From: Phycisphaerae bacterium
Lineage (GTDB): Bacteria > Planctomycetota > Phycisphaerae > UBA1845 > Fen-1342
DNA length: 64,000 nucleotides
Reading direction: 5' to 3'
NCBI GenBank assembly: GCA_963675745.2
Contig: CAXXWX010000006.1
Location: forward strand, 192,001-256,000
In this document: positions 1 to 9,446 of the stretch, in pieces
Layout: each line of letters opens with the position of its first letter
Numbering within the stretch: the stretch's first letter is position 1
The notes under the pieces: generated by a model
The model's database searches: none
What the model saw: only the letters and a program-made list of their open reading frames with translations
What the model was told of the DNA's origin: nothing
Made by a program: the position numbers and the translations under genes

Positions 1-523
1 GCTGCTGGCGCAGCAGCGTGACGGCCTCTGCGGCGCTGCCGGCGACGAGGGGCTGGGGGCTGCCCGGCTGGTGGTTACCGATGATCTCCACCAGCGAGCG
101 CCAATAATCGCCGAGCAGGACCAGCGGCCGGGCCGGGCGCAGAAAACGCTTGGCGGCAAATTCCCAAACGGCGGCCAGTTCGAGCAGGGTGCCCGTGCCG
201 CCCGGCAAGACTACATACGCGTCCGCCAGGCGCATCAGCGTGTTTACGCGTTGAAAGAGGTCAAACGTGGGGATTTCCTGTCGAATGTGGCGATTGGGAC
301 CGCTTCGTCGCCGGATTGTGGCACACGTAACCCCGATGGTGTGGCCACCCGCCTCCATGGCACCCTCGGCCGCGGCGGCCATCGTGCCACCATATCCCCC
401 GTTACACACCGTCCACCCGGCTTCCGCTATCGCCCGACCCAGCCGGCGGGCCTCTGCGTAAGCCGGGTCGGCCGCGACGACAGTTCCCGATCCGAACACC
501 GTGATGACGGTCCGTCGTTGCAT
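1..523 (-). CDS. LOG-family (lysine decarboxylase-like) nucleotide-binding protein, 3' end beyond window
   Basis: Not in the ORF track. Manual translation from ATG at 523 gives MQRRTVITVFGSG...WTVCNGGYGGTMAAAAEGA...ADAYVVLPGGTGTLLEL, with the LOG PGGxGT motif. Confidence 0.85.
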   Translation of the reverse strand, partial: MQRRTVITVFGSGTVVAADPAYAEARRLGRAIAEAGWTVCNGGYGGTMAAAAEGAMEAGGHTIGVTCATIRRRSGPNRHIRQEIPTFDLFQRVNTLMRLADAYVVLPGGTGTLLELAAVWEFAAKRFLRPARPLVLLGDYWRSLVEIIGNHQPGSPQPLVAGSAAEAVTLLRQQ

Positions 524-577
524 CAAGAATCTCCGGCGATGCGTGGCCTGCGTAGTATAGCGAATGGGGCAAGAGAG

Positions 578-608
578 CAGGGAACAGGGAACAGGGAACG
601 GGGAACAG
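578..608. repeat. Short tandem heptamer repeat (CAGGGAA) x~4
   Basis: cagggaa-cagggaa-cagggaa-cggggaa-cag in the intergenic gap; complementary ccctgttccc at 631-640. Confidence 0.8.
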
Positions 609-662
609 TGTGATATCCCGCCGACCACCGCCCTGTTCCCCGGTCACTGCCCTTTGTCCCGG

Positions 663-1406
663 CTACGCATCCAGCAGGATAATCTCGACGTGGCCGGGGC
701 CGTGTACGCCCGTGACGAGTGTGCTTTCGATGTCCGCGGTTTTGCTCGGGCCGGTGATCAGGTTGATGTTCGCGGGTAACGGCGGGCCCTCCGAAAGGAG
801 CGCGAAGTAGTCGACCAGGTCGGGCAGTATCTGCTCGCCGCGGACCAGCGCGATGTGTACGGGTGGGGCGAGTGTCGCCGAGCGTGGGGCAGTCTCGCTC
901 GACGCCCAGATCAGCGAACCGGTCTCGGCGACGGCGCCGGCCACGCCGGTGATGGCGGCGTCCACATCGAAGAAAGTGGCCTTGTCCATGGCGGACGTGA
1001 CCGTCAGCCCGGACGCGCGCAGCGCGTCGGCCAACCGCGCGCCGCACTCCTCGCCGCCGATGACCATCACGGTGGCATCGAGGTAAACGGCCTCCACGTT
1101 ATGCTCGCGCAAGACTTCGCGCAATATGGCGAGCCAGTCCGCGTGCCGCGCGTCATGGACGCCGCAACCGGCCGACCGCGCCTCGCTGATGAATCGCGCT
1201 ACGAGATCATCTGCGCGGCTAACCTCGCGCGCTGCCTCACCGAAATCTTCTTCCTGAGCACTACGCGCCGCCGCCGCCTGCTCGCGCGTCTGACCTCGCC
1301 CGCCGGGCCGTTTGTCGCGGCGTTTGAGTCCGGCGATGAACTCGCGCAGCACGGCATCCGCCGCCGGCGCCGGTCGGTCATTACCGTCAGTCGGGTGATT
1401 CATCAC
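663..1406 (-). CDS. lutC: Lactate utilization protein C (LUD domain, YkgG)
   Basis: GAVAETGSL...LITGPSKTADIESTLVTGVHGP motif; overlaps the end of lutB. Confidence 0.88.
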   Translation of the reverse strand: MMNHPTDGNDRPAPAADAVLREFIAGLKRRDKRPGGRGQTREQAAAARSAQEEDFGEAAREVSRADDLVARFISEARSAGCGVHDARHADWLAILREVLREHNVEAVYLDATVMVIGGEECGARLADALRASGLTVTSAMDKATFFDVDAAITGVAGAVAETGSLIWASSETAPRSATLAPPVHIALVRGEQILPDLVDYFALLSEGPPLPANINLITGPSKTADIESTLVTGVHGPGHVEIILLDA

Positions 1407-2793
1407 CCAGTCCTTTCAGCCAACGCTTGCGGAAACTGTCTTTCGGCGGCGTCGGCATATCCCGCGACCGGGTCCAGGCCTTCAGCGGGCCGATACCGGT
1501 GTGCGACCACTCGCGACCGCCGCGGCCTAACCAGCTACGCATCAGCCATTGTCCCAAACGGTAGAGCTCCGGCCGGCGCATCGCGGAGCCCCACAGCCAC
1601 ATGCCAAGCCGTTTCGATAGCGGCTGGGTGTGCGTCGCGCGCCCGCGCAGCTTCAGCAGCAACGATGGTATGTCCAGCTTCACCGGACAGGCAACGGCAC
1701 ACACACCGCACAGGCTTGATGCGCGCGGCAGGTCGGCGTGCTGGGACAGGCCGCCAAGCAGTGGCATCAGCACCGAGCCGATCGGTCCCGGATAGACGCT
1801 GTTGTAGGCATGGCCGCCGACGTTGCGATAGACCGGGCAGGCGTTCAGACAGGCGCCGCAGCGGATGCAGCTCAACACGGCGCGAAACTCGCCGGCCCAG
1901 ATGTCCGATCGCCCATTGTCCAGCAGCACGACGTGCAGATGTTCCGGGCCGTCGGGGTCGGCGGGGCGCTTCGCGCCGGTGATCAGCGTCGTGTATACCC
2001 CCATCGGCTGACCGGTCGTCGAGCGCGAGATCAACTTCAGCAGCACCGGCAAGTCACTCAAACGCGGGACGAGCTTCTCGATACCCATCAAGGCCACGTG
2101 TACGCGCGGCTGCGTCGTCGTCATGCGGCCGTTGCCCTCGTTGGTCAAAATGCAGAGCGTACCGCTCTCGGCGACGCCGAAATTCACGCCGGTAATGCCG
2201 AGATCGCAGCGCCGGAAGATGTCCCGCAAGTGCGCGCGGGCGATCATGGTCAGCGCGGTGGGGTCTTCCGTGTATTCGCAGCCGATCTCGCGCGTCATCG
2301 CCCTTGCGATCTGCGCGCGGTCCTTGTGGATGATCGGGCTGACGATGTGACTCGGGCGATCGTGATCGATCTGGACAATGAACTCGCCCAGATCAGTCTC
2401 GACGCAGCGCACGCCGGCCGACTCTAACGCGTCGTTAAGCCGTACCTCCTCGGTGGTCATGCTCTTGGCCTTGACGGCCAGCCGTGATTCGTGTTGCCGG
2501 GCAATGTCACAGACAATGCGCCGGGCGGCGACGGCGTCTTTCGCGAAGTGTACGTGCCCGCCATGACGCTCGACCTGGGCGGCGAACTGTTCGAGATAAC
2601 GCGGCAGCTCGTCGAGTGCGTGACGCTTGATTTGCTCGGCCATCGAGCGCAGCGCCTCGGCATCGCGCAGCTTGGCGAGCGCGTCGACGCGCTGCGCGAC
2701 CTTCTTGAAGGTGGTCGAGTGTACGGCGCGCATCAGCCGCTCGTCGGCCTGCGCTGCGCAAACGCGCTCGCGGAATGTGCTTGGCGCGCTCAT
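1387..2793 (-). CDS. lutB: L-lactate oxidation Fe-S protein LutB/LldF
   Basis: KSMTTEE, ETDLGEFIVQ, TNEGNGR, CIRCGACLNACPVY, YPGPIG and SSLCGVCAVACPV motifs. Confidence 0.93.
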   Translation of the reverse strand: MSAPSTFRERVCAAQADERLMRAVHSTTFKKVAQRVDALAKLRDAEALRSMAEQIKRHALDELPRYLEQFAAQVERHGGHVHFAKDAVAARRIVCDIARQHESRLAVKAKSMTTEEVRLNDALESAGVRCVETDLGEFIVQIDHDRPSHIVSPIIHKDRAQIARAMTREIGCEYTEDPTALTMIARAHLRDIFRRCDLGITGVNFGVAESGTLCILTNEGNGRMTTTQPRVHVALMGIEKLVPRLSDLPVLLKLISRSTTGQPMGVYTTLITGAKRPADPDGPEHLHVVLLDNGRSDIWAGEFRAVLSCIRCGACLNACPVYRNVGGHAYNSVYPGPIGSVLMPLLGGLSQHADLPRASSLCGVCAVACPVKLDIPSLLLKLRGRATHTQPLSKRLGMWLWGSAMRRPELYRLGQWLMRSWLGRGGREWSHTGIGPLKAWTRSRDMPTPPKDSFRKRWLKGLGDESPD

Positions 2794-3530
2794 CCTTCCG
2801 GCTCCATGAGTCCCAGGGACTCAGCCAGGCACTCCGCCAGGTGCTTGAAACGCAGATCGAGTTCCCGACGACGCGCCCCGCCCGCGAGATTCAAACCACA
2901 CCCCCCCTCGTTGCAGATCACCAGCCGCGCCCCGCTCGCGACCAGATCGTCGAGCTTGTCTTCCAGCATCGCCCCGCTGATTTCCGGAAAATCAACGGCG
3001 AACATGCCGCCAAAGCCGCAACACAAGTCGGCGTGCGGGGGCGGTTGCACGCGGTTACCCTCCCCGGCCAGCCAGCCGCAAAGATCGGCAACCGTGTACA
3101 CCCCGCGCGCATGGCACGGATAGTGATACGTGACCGGCTCATTGAATCTGACGTGATCGGCGATGTCCACCGCGATCCGGTCCCGCAGAAACGTGGCGAA
3201 CTCATGCGTCTTGTGTGCGAGACGTTGGGCCGCGGTAGCCCACTCAGCTTCATCGGCAAGCAGCTCCGCGTAGTGGTCCTTCAGCATCGTCGCGCATGAC
3301 GCGGACGGCGTAACAACGTGCTCGTACGGCTCGAAAATCTCAATCAGGCGCCGGGCCAGTGGTTTCGCCGCGTCACAAAAACCGCTGTTGAACGCCGGCT
3401 GGCCGCAGCAGGTCTGCTCGGCGGGGAACTCAACCTCGCAGCCGAAGTGGCGCAGCACACGCACGACCGCTTCGCCAACACGCGGATAAAAAGTGTCCGT
3501 CAGGCAGGTTATGAACAGCGCCACGCGCAT
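2790..3530 (-). CDS. lutA: (Fe-S)-binding CCG-domain protein LutA
   Basis: MRVALFITCLTD...QTCCGQP...CCGFGG; start reassigned to ATG at 3530; stop overlaps the lutB start. Confidence 0.9.
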   Translation of the reverse strand: MRVALFITCLTDTFYPRVGEAVVRVLRHFGCEVEFPAEQTCCGQPAFNSGFCDAAKPLARRLIEIFEPYEHVVTPSASCATMLKDHYAELLADEAEWATAAQRLAHKTHEFATFLRDRIAVDIADHVRFNEPVTYHYPCHARGVYTVADLCGWLAGEGNRVQPPPHADLCCGFGGMFAVDFPEISGAMLEDKLDDLVASGARLVICNEGGCGLNLAGGARRRELDLRFKHLAECLAESLGLMEPEG

Positions 3531-3777
3531 GAAAACTCCGGCCGGGTTTCCCGGGCAAGCGTGGCGCGGCAAACAAAGGCGACCGCGCATGCGCCGGTCG
3601 CGCGCATTGTAGCGGCGGCGGCGACTCTGCGGGAATGTCACGGCCGGTTAGTGCAGAGCAGTATGGAAAATTGGGAATGCGGGTTGAAGGTCTCATGGGG
3701 ACTGGTGAGAATGACGCGTAGATGAGTGGGTATGGTGTGCGCGTAACGTCTGTTCACCTGGGCTGTCTGGGAGGTGC

Positions 3778-4668
3778 TTGACCGTGACATCACGACAATG
3801 CTGCCGTCGCGCCGCATGGGTTCCATGCGTTGTGCTTCTAACCGTCGTCGGCTGCGTGATCACCACGCCCACGCCGATCGAGATCACGCCGACAGTGCTA
3901 ACCGCCGCGATTGAAGGACGGGCATACTCGGCCGGGCTGATCAACACCGGCGGCGGCGACACCACCTGGTCGATCGCCAGCGGCCAGTTGCCCGACGGAC
4001 TGTTTCTGGGCAGTGAAAGCGGCGTCATAACCGGAACGCCCACACTGCCGGGAACCTACTCGTTCACCGTCAAAGCCCGCTCCGGAACCCAGTCGGGCGA
4101 AATAAACTACAGCCTGCAAGTGATCTCAATGCTGCGCGTGCAAGCCAGCCTGGCCAATCCGCAGGTGGATGTGGCTTATAGTGCCGCATTGCTGCCATCG
4201 GGCGGTCTCGCGCCGTACACCTACTCGTCTGTAGGGCTGCCGGCGGGATTGAGCCTGGACTCTGATACCGGCGTAATCTCGGGTTCACCCGTGGTTCCCG
4301 CCCAGAGCGTACAACTCCAATTCACGGTCACCGACAGCAACGCCGGCGCGTTGCGACAGACCGCGACCACAACCGTGTTTGTGATGGTCCGCCCGCGGCC
4401 GGTGAGTATCACGACTACGGAACTGCCGAACGCCACGTTGCACACGGCATATACGCAGGCCGTTGCCATCGCGGACGGGCTGGGGCCCTACAGCTTTGCA
4501 ATTACCAGCGGAACTTTGTCTGGCAGCGGACTGCGCCTGGATACGAGCACCGGAGCAATCACGGGCACTCCGGCACAGGCCGGCATCTTTGAATTCACCG
4601 TCCGCGTGACGGATAGTGACGTGCCGCCCAACGTTGCCTCGCAGGCGCTGTCAATCGTTGTTGAATAG
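3778..4668 (+). CDS. Secreted/lipoprotein with three putative Ig (He_PIG-like) domains
   Basis: Hydrophobic leader ending VVGC; three repeats of the type G.LP.GL.L....G.I.GTP...G...FTV. Confidence 0.8.
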   Translation: MTVTSRQCCRRAAWVPCVVLLTVVGCVITTPTPIEITPTVLTAAIEGRAYSAGLINTGGGDTTWSIASGQLPDGLFLGSESGVITGTPTLPGTYSFTVKARSGTQSGEINYSLQVISMLRVQASLANPQVDVAYSAALLPSGGLAPYTYSSVGLPAGLSLDSDTGVISGSPVVPAQSVQLQFTVTDSNAGALRQTATTTVFVMVRPRPVSITTTELPNATLHTAYTQAVAIADGLGPYSFAITSGTLSGSGLRLDTSTGAITGTPAQAGIFEFTVRVTDSDVPPNVASQALSIVVE

Positions 4669-4738
4669 CCGCCGGGGCCGATCAGCGCGCCCCGGACGCG
4701 CGCAACCGCGAATCACTCGCGCTCGGATGGAGCAGAAC

Positions 4739-5440
4739 ATGAACAGACTGGGCATGCTAGTAACACTGGGCATCATGCTGGGGCTCGTATGCGGCGGTTG
4801 CGCCATTGAAGTCGATGTCCCATCTGATGGCGGCAGCGCGATCACCGCGCCGCTCGATCAGGCCAACGCGACGATAACGATCGAAGGACTGGCCTCTACC
4901 GGTCAGGCCACGGTGACCGCGCGCCTGACCGATTCTCGCGGCCGGCTGATCGAGCTCGGCAGCGGCCAGGCGGTATTCGTCGCCGGCCAGCAGTTGACCG
5001 GACCGAATCTCAATGGTGACTACGTGGCCACCATCGGCGCCGCCGGCGAGTACATCATCGAGGCCTCGGAGCCGTCGCTGGGTATCCAATCGACCACGGT
5101 GTCGGCGCCGCCGGGGTTCCTGATCCTCACGCCGGAGCCGCAGGACACGGCCTCGCTGGCCGGTTTCACGATGACCTGGGATGGCGCCAACCCGAATCTG
5201 ACTGTAATGATCAACCTGCGCCAGAATGTCTTCGGCCAGGATCGCGAACGCAGCTTTGGCCCCTTTGCCGACACCGGCACTCAGACGTTCGGCGCCGACA
5301 ATCTCAGCGGGTTTCAGCAAGGGGCGCCGTTGGTGGCCGAGGTGGTCAAGAGCACCACGCGAAGCAGCCTGAACGGTTTCCAAAGCGCGACCGTGGAATC
5401 AACCTTCACCCAATCCGTGCTCGTCAACCCCGGCCCGTAA
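4739..5440 (+). CDS. Hypothetical beta-rich lipoprotein
   Basis: GGAG RBS upstream of MNRLGMLVTLGIMLGLVCGGC (lipobox-like); no family recognised. Confidence 0.65.
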   Translation: MNRLGMLVTLGIMLGLVCGGCAIEVDVPSDGGSAITAPLDQANATITIEGLASTGQATVTARLTDSRGRLIELGSGQAVFVAGQQLTGPNLNGDYVATIGAAGEYIIEASEPSLGIQSTTVSAPPGFLILTPEPQDTASLAGFTMTWDGANPNLTVMINLRQNVFGQDRERSFGPFADTGTQTFGADNLSGFQQGAPLVAEVVKSTTRSSLNGFQSATVESTFTQSVLVNPGP

Positions 5441-5463
5441 AGGCCACCCACGCCGAACGAGTA

Positions 5464-5498
5464 CGGCACGGACAGGCGGGGCAAGCCTGTCCGTGCCG
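5464..5498. terminator. Perfect 14-bp hairpin between convergent genes (terminator or REP-like)
   Basis: cggcacggacaggc-ggggcaa-gcctgtccgtgccg. Confidence 0.6.
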
Positions 5499-5544
5499 CT
5501 CGGCGAGGTAAGGGGTTAAGCCAGTCATAAAAGCGTGGGCAGCA

Positions 5545-6246
5545 TCACTCGGTCTTGCCGGGAGGCAGGATGGGATCTGCCGTGTCGTTAAACGCCAGGT
5601 CCGTGTCGGGTTCGACCCAGAGCCGCAATTCCGTGATCTCGTGGGTTACGCGTGCTTCTCGCGAAAGCTCACGCCCGCGCCCGAAGCCATATCCGTTATC
5701 AACCACAAAGCGGCGTACGCTTCCCGGCAGCAGCGGCCCCCGGAATAGTTCGTGATCAACCTCAAACGCCAGCGGCGTGGCAACCGCCGCGACGATCTCC
5801 CGGTCGGGCGCTGCACCAGGGTTGCTGACTGAAATGCGCGCCGTCAGGAGTGAGACGGTTTCCGCGCCGTTGTTGGCCACCTCGACAATCACACAGTATC
5901 GATCGCTGTCCTCGCCATACGGAGCGATGCTGGTGCTGAAGTCGAGCTGGTCGCGATAGGTGGGATCGCGGCGATCGTTGAAGGCGTCGGCGATCAACGG
6001 TGGGGCGATCTCGCGCCAGTTCCGAAGTTCCTGGAGCACGCTCTTCGCCATGTCGGCCGAGTCGCCGGTCAGACGGGCGACCAGATCCAGCGCCACATCC
6101 GTTTTCTTGTCCGCCACCCATAGCCCGTACATTCCCAGGAGAGTCGCACAGACAATGGTGACAATCAGGAATCCGAAGAATCCCTGCGCGATCGCGGTGA
6201 AGAACCCGCCCTTCTTGTTGACCACGACTGATGGCTGCGTGCTCAT
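5545..6246 (-). CDS. Hypothetical single-TM membrane protein
   Basis: AAGGAG RBS; N-terminal hydrophobic helix FFGFLIVTIVCATLLGMYGLW. Confidence 0.7.
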   Translation of the reverse strand: MSTQPSVVVNKKGGFFTAIAQGFFGFLIVTIVCATLLGMYGLWVADKKTDVALDLVARLTGDSADMAKSVLQELRNWREIAPPLIADAFNDRRDPTYRDQLDFSTSIAPYGEDSDRYCVIVEVANNGAETVSLLTARISVSNPGAAPDREIVAAVATPLAFEVDHELFRGPLLPGSVRRFVVDNGYGFGRGRELSREARVTHEITELRLWVEPDTDLAFNDTADPILPPGKTE

Positions 6247-6469
6247 GGCCTTGCTCCTTCAGTGTCGGCGTCTTGTCGCGGCCGGCTGCCGGCCCGCTAC
6301 GCCTACTGATACGTTCCAACGTGGACTTCGCATCTGGACTGGTATTATTGCCCAAGTGGCTCAGAAATACCGTCGGAAAACGTCGGCCCCGCGCGGGGAC
6401 ACGGCGCCCACTTGCCGATCGTGTACAATGTGGTCGGCGTACGTGGTGCGGACCGCTGCGAGGCGTATC

Positions 6470-7393
6470 ATGCGACATCAAAAGACCATCATTATCGGCT
6501 GTTTGCTCGCGTGTCTATCGACACTCACCGCTTGTGACCTGCCAATTGTCCCGATGGACGAGTTCGTCAATATGGCCAGCGAGCTGGCCCTGTTGCCAGA
6601 GGCCACCTGCGAAGAGCTCAAGGTCTCCTTCGGCGTGCCGCATCTCCAGACCGTCGATGTTCCTTCCGAGGCCGGCATCGCATACGAAGAGGTCATGCTC
6701 GAGAACATCAGCGGCGAGTTGATCCGCGTCTGGTACATTCCCAGCACGCTCGATCGCGGCACGGTAATCCTGTCAAACGGCGCGGTCGGCAACATGGCCT
6801 GTTTCCTCTACGTAACCCACATGCTGCGCGCCGACGGCTGGTCCGTGGTCATGTATGACTTCCAGGGCTTTGGCGGCAGCACCGGGCAGCCTTCGCTGCT
6901 CTCGCTCTACGGCGATCTCGATGTCGTGCTCGATTGGACGCTGGCGCGCACCGGGCGCGAGCAGGTGACCTTGATGGGCGTGTCGATCGGCACGATTCCG
7001 TCGGTGGCTCATGCCGTCAGCCGCCCGGATGACGTAAACGCCATCGTTCTGGATGGGCCGATCTCGTTGACGGTTGAGGTGGCCGCCTTCGCGGCACTGC
7101 TGGGTGGCGATATATCGCCCTATATGGCGCTGCTGGGCGACGAGGCCCTGTTCCAGGCTCAGTTTCCCCGCGTCAGGCAGCCGACGTTCGTGTTTCTCTA
7201 CGGGCTCGACGAATTCGCCACCGCCGAGGTGTTCGAAGAGATTACGGCGGACCTGCCGCCGCCGATGGAGATCATCAAGTTCCCACACCTGCCGCACGCG
7301 CGCGGACCATATCTGGAAACGGCGACTTATTTCTACCAACTCGACCGGTTTCTGGCCTCGGTCTGGTCGGACCTGGCGGAATTTGTTCGGTGA
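6470..7393 (+). CDS. Alpha/beta-hydrolase fold lipoprotein
   Basis: Lipobox LTAC; YDFQGFGGS; nucleophile elbow GVSIG; start reassigned to ATG at 6470. Confidence 0.8.
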   Translation: MRHQKTIIIGCLLACLSTLTACDLPIVPMDEFVNMASELALLPEATCEELKVSFGVPHLQTVDVPSEAGIAYEEVMLENISGELIRVWYIPSTLDRGTVILSNGAVGNMACFLYVTHMLRADGWSVVMYDFQGFGGSTGQPSLLSLYGDLDVVLDWTLARTGREQVTLMGVSIGTIPSVAHAVSRPDDVNAIVLDGPISLTVEVAAFAALLGGDISPYMALLGDEALFQAQFPRVRQPTFVFLYGLDEFATAEVFEEITADLPPPMEIIKFPHLPHARGPYLETATYFYQLDRFLASVWSDLAEFVR

Positions 7394-7643
7394 GTCTCGC
7401 TGCGCTCGACCTCCGCTACCCGGCTGAGTACTGATGACCTCAGCCCCTTGTCGTGACGCTGGCGAGGCAGTAGTTGGCGACGCGACGTCACTGGCTGAAG
7501 TCTATTGCCTCTCTCGGCGCCAACCTGCCGGCGGTCACTTGTCGGGCCGGCGCCTGATCCCCTAGAATGAACCACCCCGCCACCCCCGCTGGGACGGTGG
7601 GCGGCGTGACCCCCGGGCACCCTGGTTTGGAGGAGTCGGTCTG

Positions 7644-8024
7644 ATGGCGGTTCCCGCAGATTGCAAATTCGCTCAGACGCACGAATGGTACAAGGTGGAC
7701 GGAAATGTCGTGACCGTCGGCATCTCCCAGTTCGCCGCCGACGAGCTCACCGACATTACCTATGTCGAAATCCCCGAGGTCGGCACGGCCGTCGAGGCCG
7801 GGACCGGGATCGGCGAGATCGAGTCGGTGAAAGCCACCAGCGAAATCTACGCCGCCGTCGGTGGCAAGATCATTGAAATCAACACGCGCCTGGCCGACGA
7901 GCCGGAGTTGTTGAACACCGATCCATTCGGCGAAGGGTGGATAGTGAAGATTGAGACCAGCGATTTGTCCCCGCTCGAAAAGATGATGGACGCCGCCGCG
8001 TATGAGAAGATGATCGCGGAATAA
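7644..8024 (+). CDS. gcvH: Glycine cleavage system H protein
   Basis: THEW...GEIESVKA (lipoyl-Lys)...LNTDPFGEGWI; GGAGGAG RBS. Confidence 0.96.
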   Translation: MAVPADCKFAQTHEWYKVDGNVVTVGISQFAADELTDITYVEIPEVGTAVEAGTGIGEIESVKATSEIYAAVGGKIIEINTRLADEPELLNTDPFGEGWIVKIETSDLSPLEKMMDAAAYEKMIAE

Positions 8025-8067
8025 GCGTCGGTCGATACGGCGCGGTTACCCGTGGAACCCACAAGCA

Positions 8068-9411
8068 ATGGACTACCTGCAACTCAGCGGACAAGACCGC
8101 CAATCAATGCTGGCCGCGATCGGCGTACAGCGCGTCGACGATCTGTTCCAGGACATCCCCGGACAACTTCGCGTGCGCGGGCTGCTCGAAATCCCGCCGC
8201 CGCTGAGCGAGCCGGAACTCCTGGCCGATCTCAATCAGCTCGCCTTGCGGAATCGAACGGCGGACTGCGCGCGCTGCTTTCTAGGCTGCGGCGCATACGA
8301 CCACTTCATTCCGTCGGTCGTTGACAGTCTGGCCGCGCAGAATGGTTTCCTGACCGCCTACACGCCTTACCAGGCCGAAGCCTCACAGGGCATCCTCCAG
8401 AATTTCTTCGAGTTCCAGACGATGGTCTGCGAGCTGACCGGCATGGATGTATCCAACGCGTCGCTTTACGACGTCGCCACCGCGCTGGTCGAAGCCGTGT
8501 TCATGGCGCGCAGCGCCACCAAGCGGCCGAATGTGGTCTGCGGCCAGGCCGTGCATCCCGATTGCCTGCGCGTGCTGCAAACGTACCTGGCCGAGGAGCC
8601 CGGCGAGGTTCGCGTTGCGGCGGAGGCAGTCGGGCGCATCAACCCCATGACGCTGTCAGACCTGGTTGATGAACGAACCGCCGCCATAGTCGTGCAATCG
8701 CCGAACCTGTTCGGCCAGATAGAGAACCTGGCCGACATTGCGACGATGGCGCGGCAGTGCGGCGCATTGCTGATTGTGGTGATGGATCCGATCAGCGTCG
8801 GCGTGCTCAAGCGGCCCGGCGACGTCGGCGCGGATATCGTCGTCGCCGAGGGCCAGCCGCTCGGGCTGCCGCTCCAGTATGGCGGGCCGTATCTCGGTCT
8901 GTTGGCGTGCAAGCAGAGCCACATGCGCCGCATGCCCGGGCGTCTGATCGGGCAAACGGTGGATGCCGACGGCCGCCGGGCGTTTTGTCTGACTCTGCAA
9001 ACACGCGAGCAGCACATCCGCCGCGAGAAGGCCACGAGCAACATCTGCACCAACCAGGGGCTGATGGCCACGCGCGCGGCGATCTACATGTCGGCGGTCG
9101 GCCGCGGCGGCCTAAGGCGTATTGCCGAGCTTTGTGTCCACAAGGCGCACTACGCCGCCCAGCGCATCGCGACGCTCCCGGGCTACACCCTGCGTTTTGA
9201 TGGACCGTTCTTCAAAGAGTTCGTGGTCATCAGCGAACGGCCGGTGGCAAAGGTGCTGGCGCACTGCCGCGACGCGGGAGTACACGCGGGGGTGCCGCTG
9301 GGCCCCTGGTTCGACGAGCTGGAAAACTGCTTTGCCGTGGCCGTCACCGAGAAGCGGACAAAGGATGATATTGACGCGCTGGTGGATGCGCTGGCGACCG
9401 TGGATGGGTAG
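8068..9411 (+). CDS. gcvPA: Glycine dehydrogenase subunit 1
   Basis: FLTAYTPYQAEASQG, NASLYD and TLQTREQHIRREKATSNICTNQ motifs. Confidence 0.96.
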   Translation: MDYLQLSGQDRQSMLAAIGVQRVDDLFQDIPGQLRVRGLLEIPPPLSEPELLADLNQLALRNRTADCARCFLGCGAYDHFIPSVVDSLAAQNGFLTAYTPYQAEASQGILQNFFEFQTMVCELTGMDVSNASLYDVATALVEAVFMARSATKRPNVVCGQAVHPDCLRVLQTYLAEEPGEVRVAAEAVGRINPMTLSDLVDERTAAIVVQSPNLFGQIENLADIATMARQCGALLIVVMDPISVGVLKRPGDVGADIVVAEGQPLGLPLQYGGPYLGLLACKQSHMRRMPGRLIGQTVDADGRRAFCLTLQTREQHIRREKATSNICTNQGLMATRAAIYMSAVGRGGLRRIAELCVHKAHYAAQRIATLPGYTLRFDGPFFKEFVVISERPVAKVLAHCRDAGVHAGVPLGPWFDELENCFAVAVTEKRTKDDIDALVDALATVDG

Positions 9412-9446
9412 TGGCGTTTCAGGCCGTGAATGAGTGAGAACAACGC

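Noticed and set aside
855..1982. Long antisense ORFs (e.g. 855..1982, 12936..14228, 17552..18562, 61086..62291)
   Set aside because: Shadow ORFs opposite well-supported genes in GC-rich DNA; Arg/Ala/Pro-rich with no motifs.
5960..6469. N-terminal extension of the 477-aa ORF 5960..7393
   Set aside because: It overlaps the opposite-strand gene; the lipoprotein leader begins at ATG 6470.
7422..7446. CTGATGA as a hammerhead ribozyme core
   Set aside because: It sits in a simple hairpin loop, with no downstream stem II-GAAA or cleavage-site arrangement.
7394..7643. Glycine riboswitch before gcvH
   Set aside because: The conserved GGAGA...CCGAAG...CUCUCAGG elements are not present.
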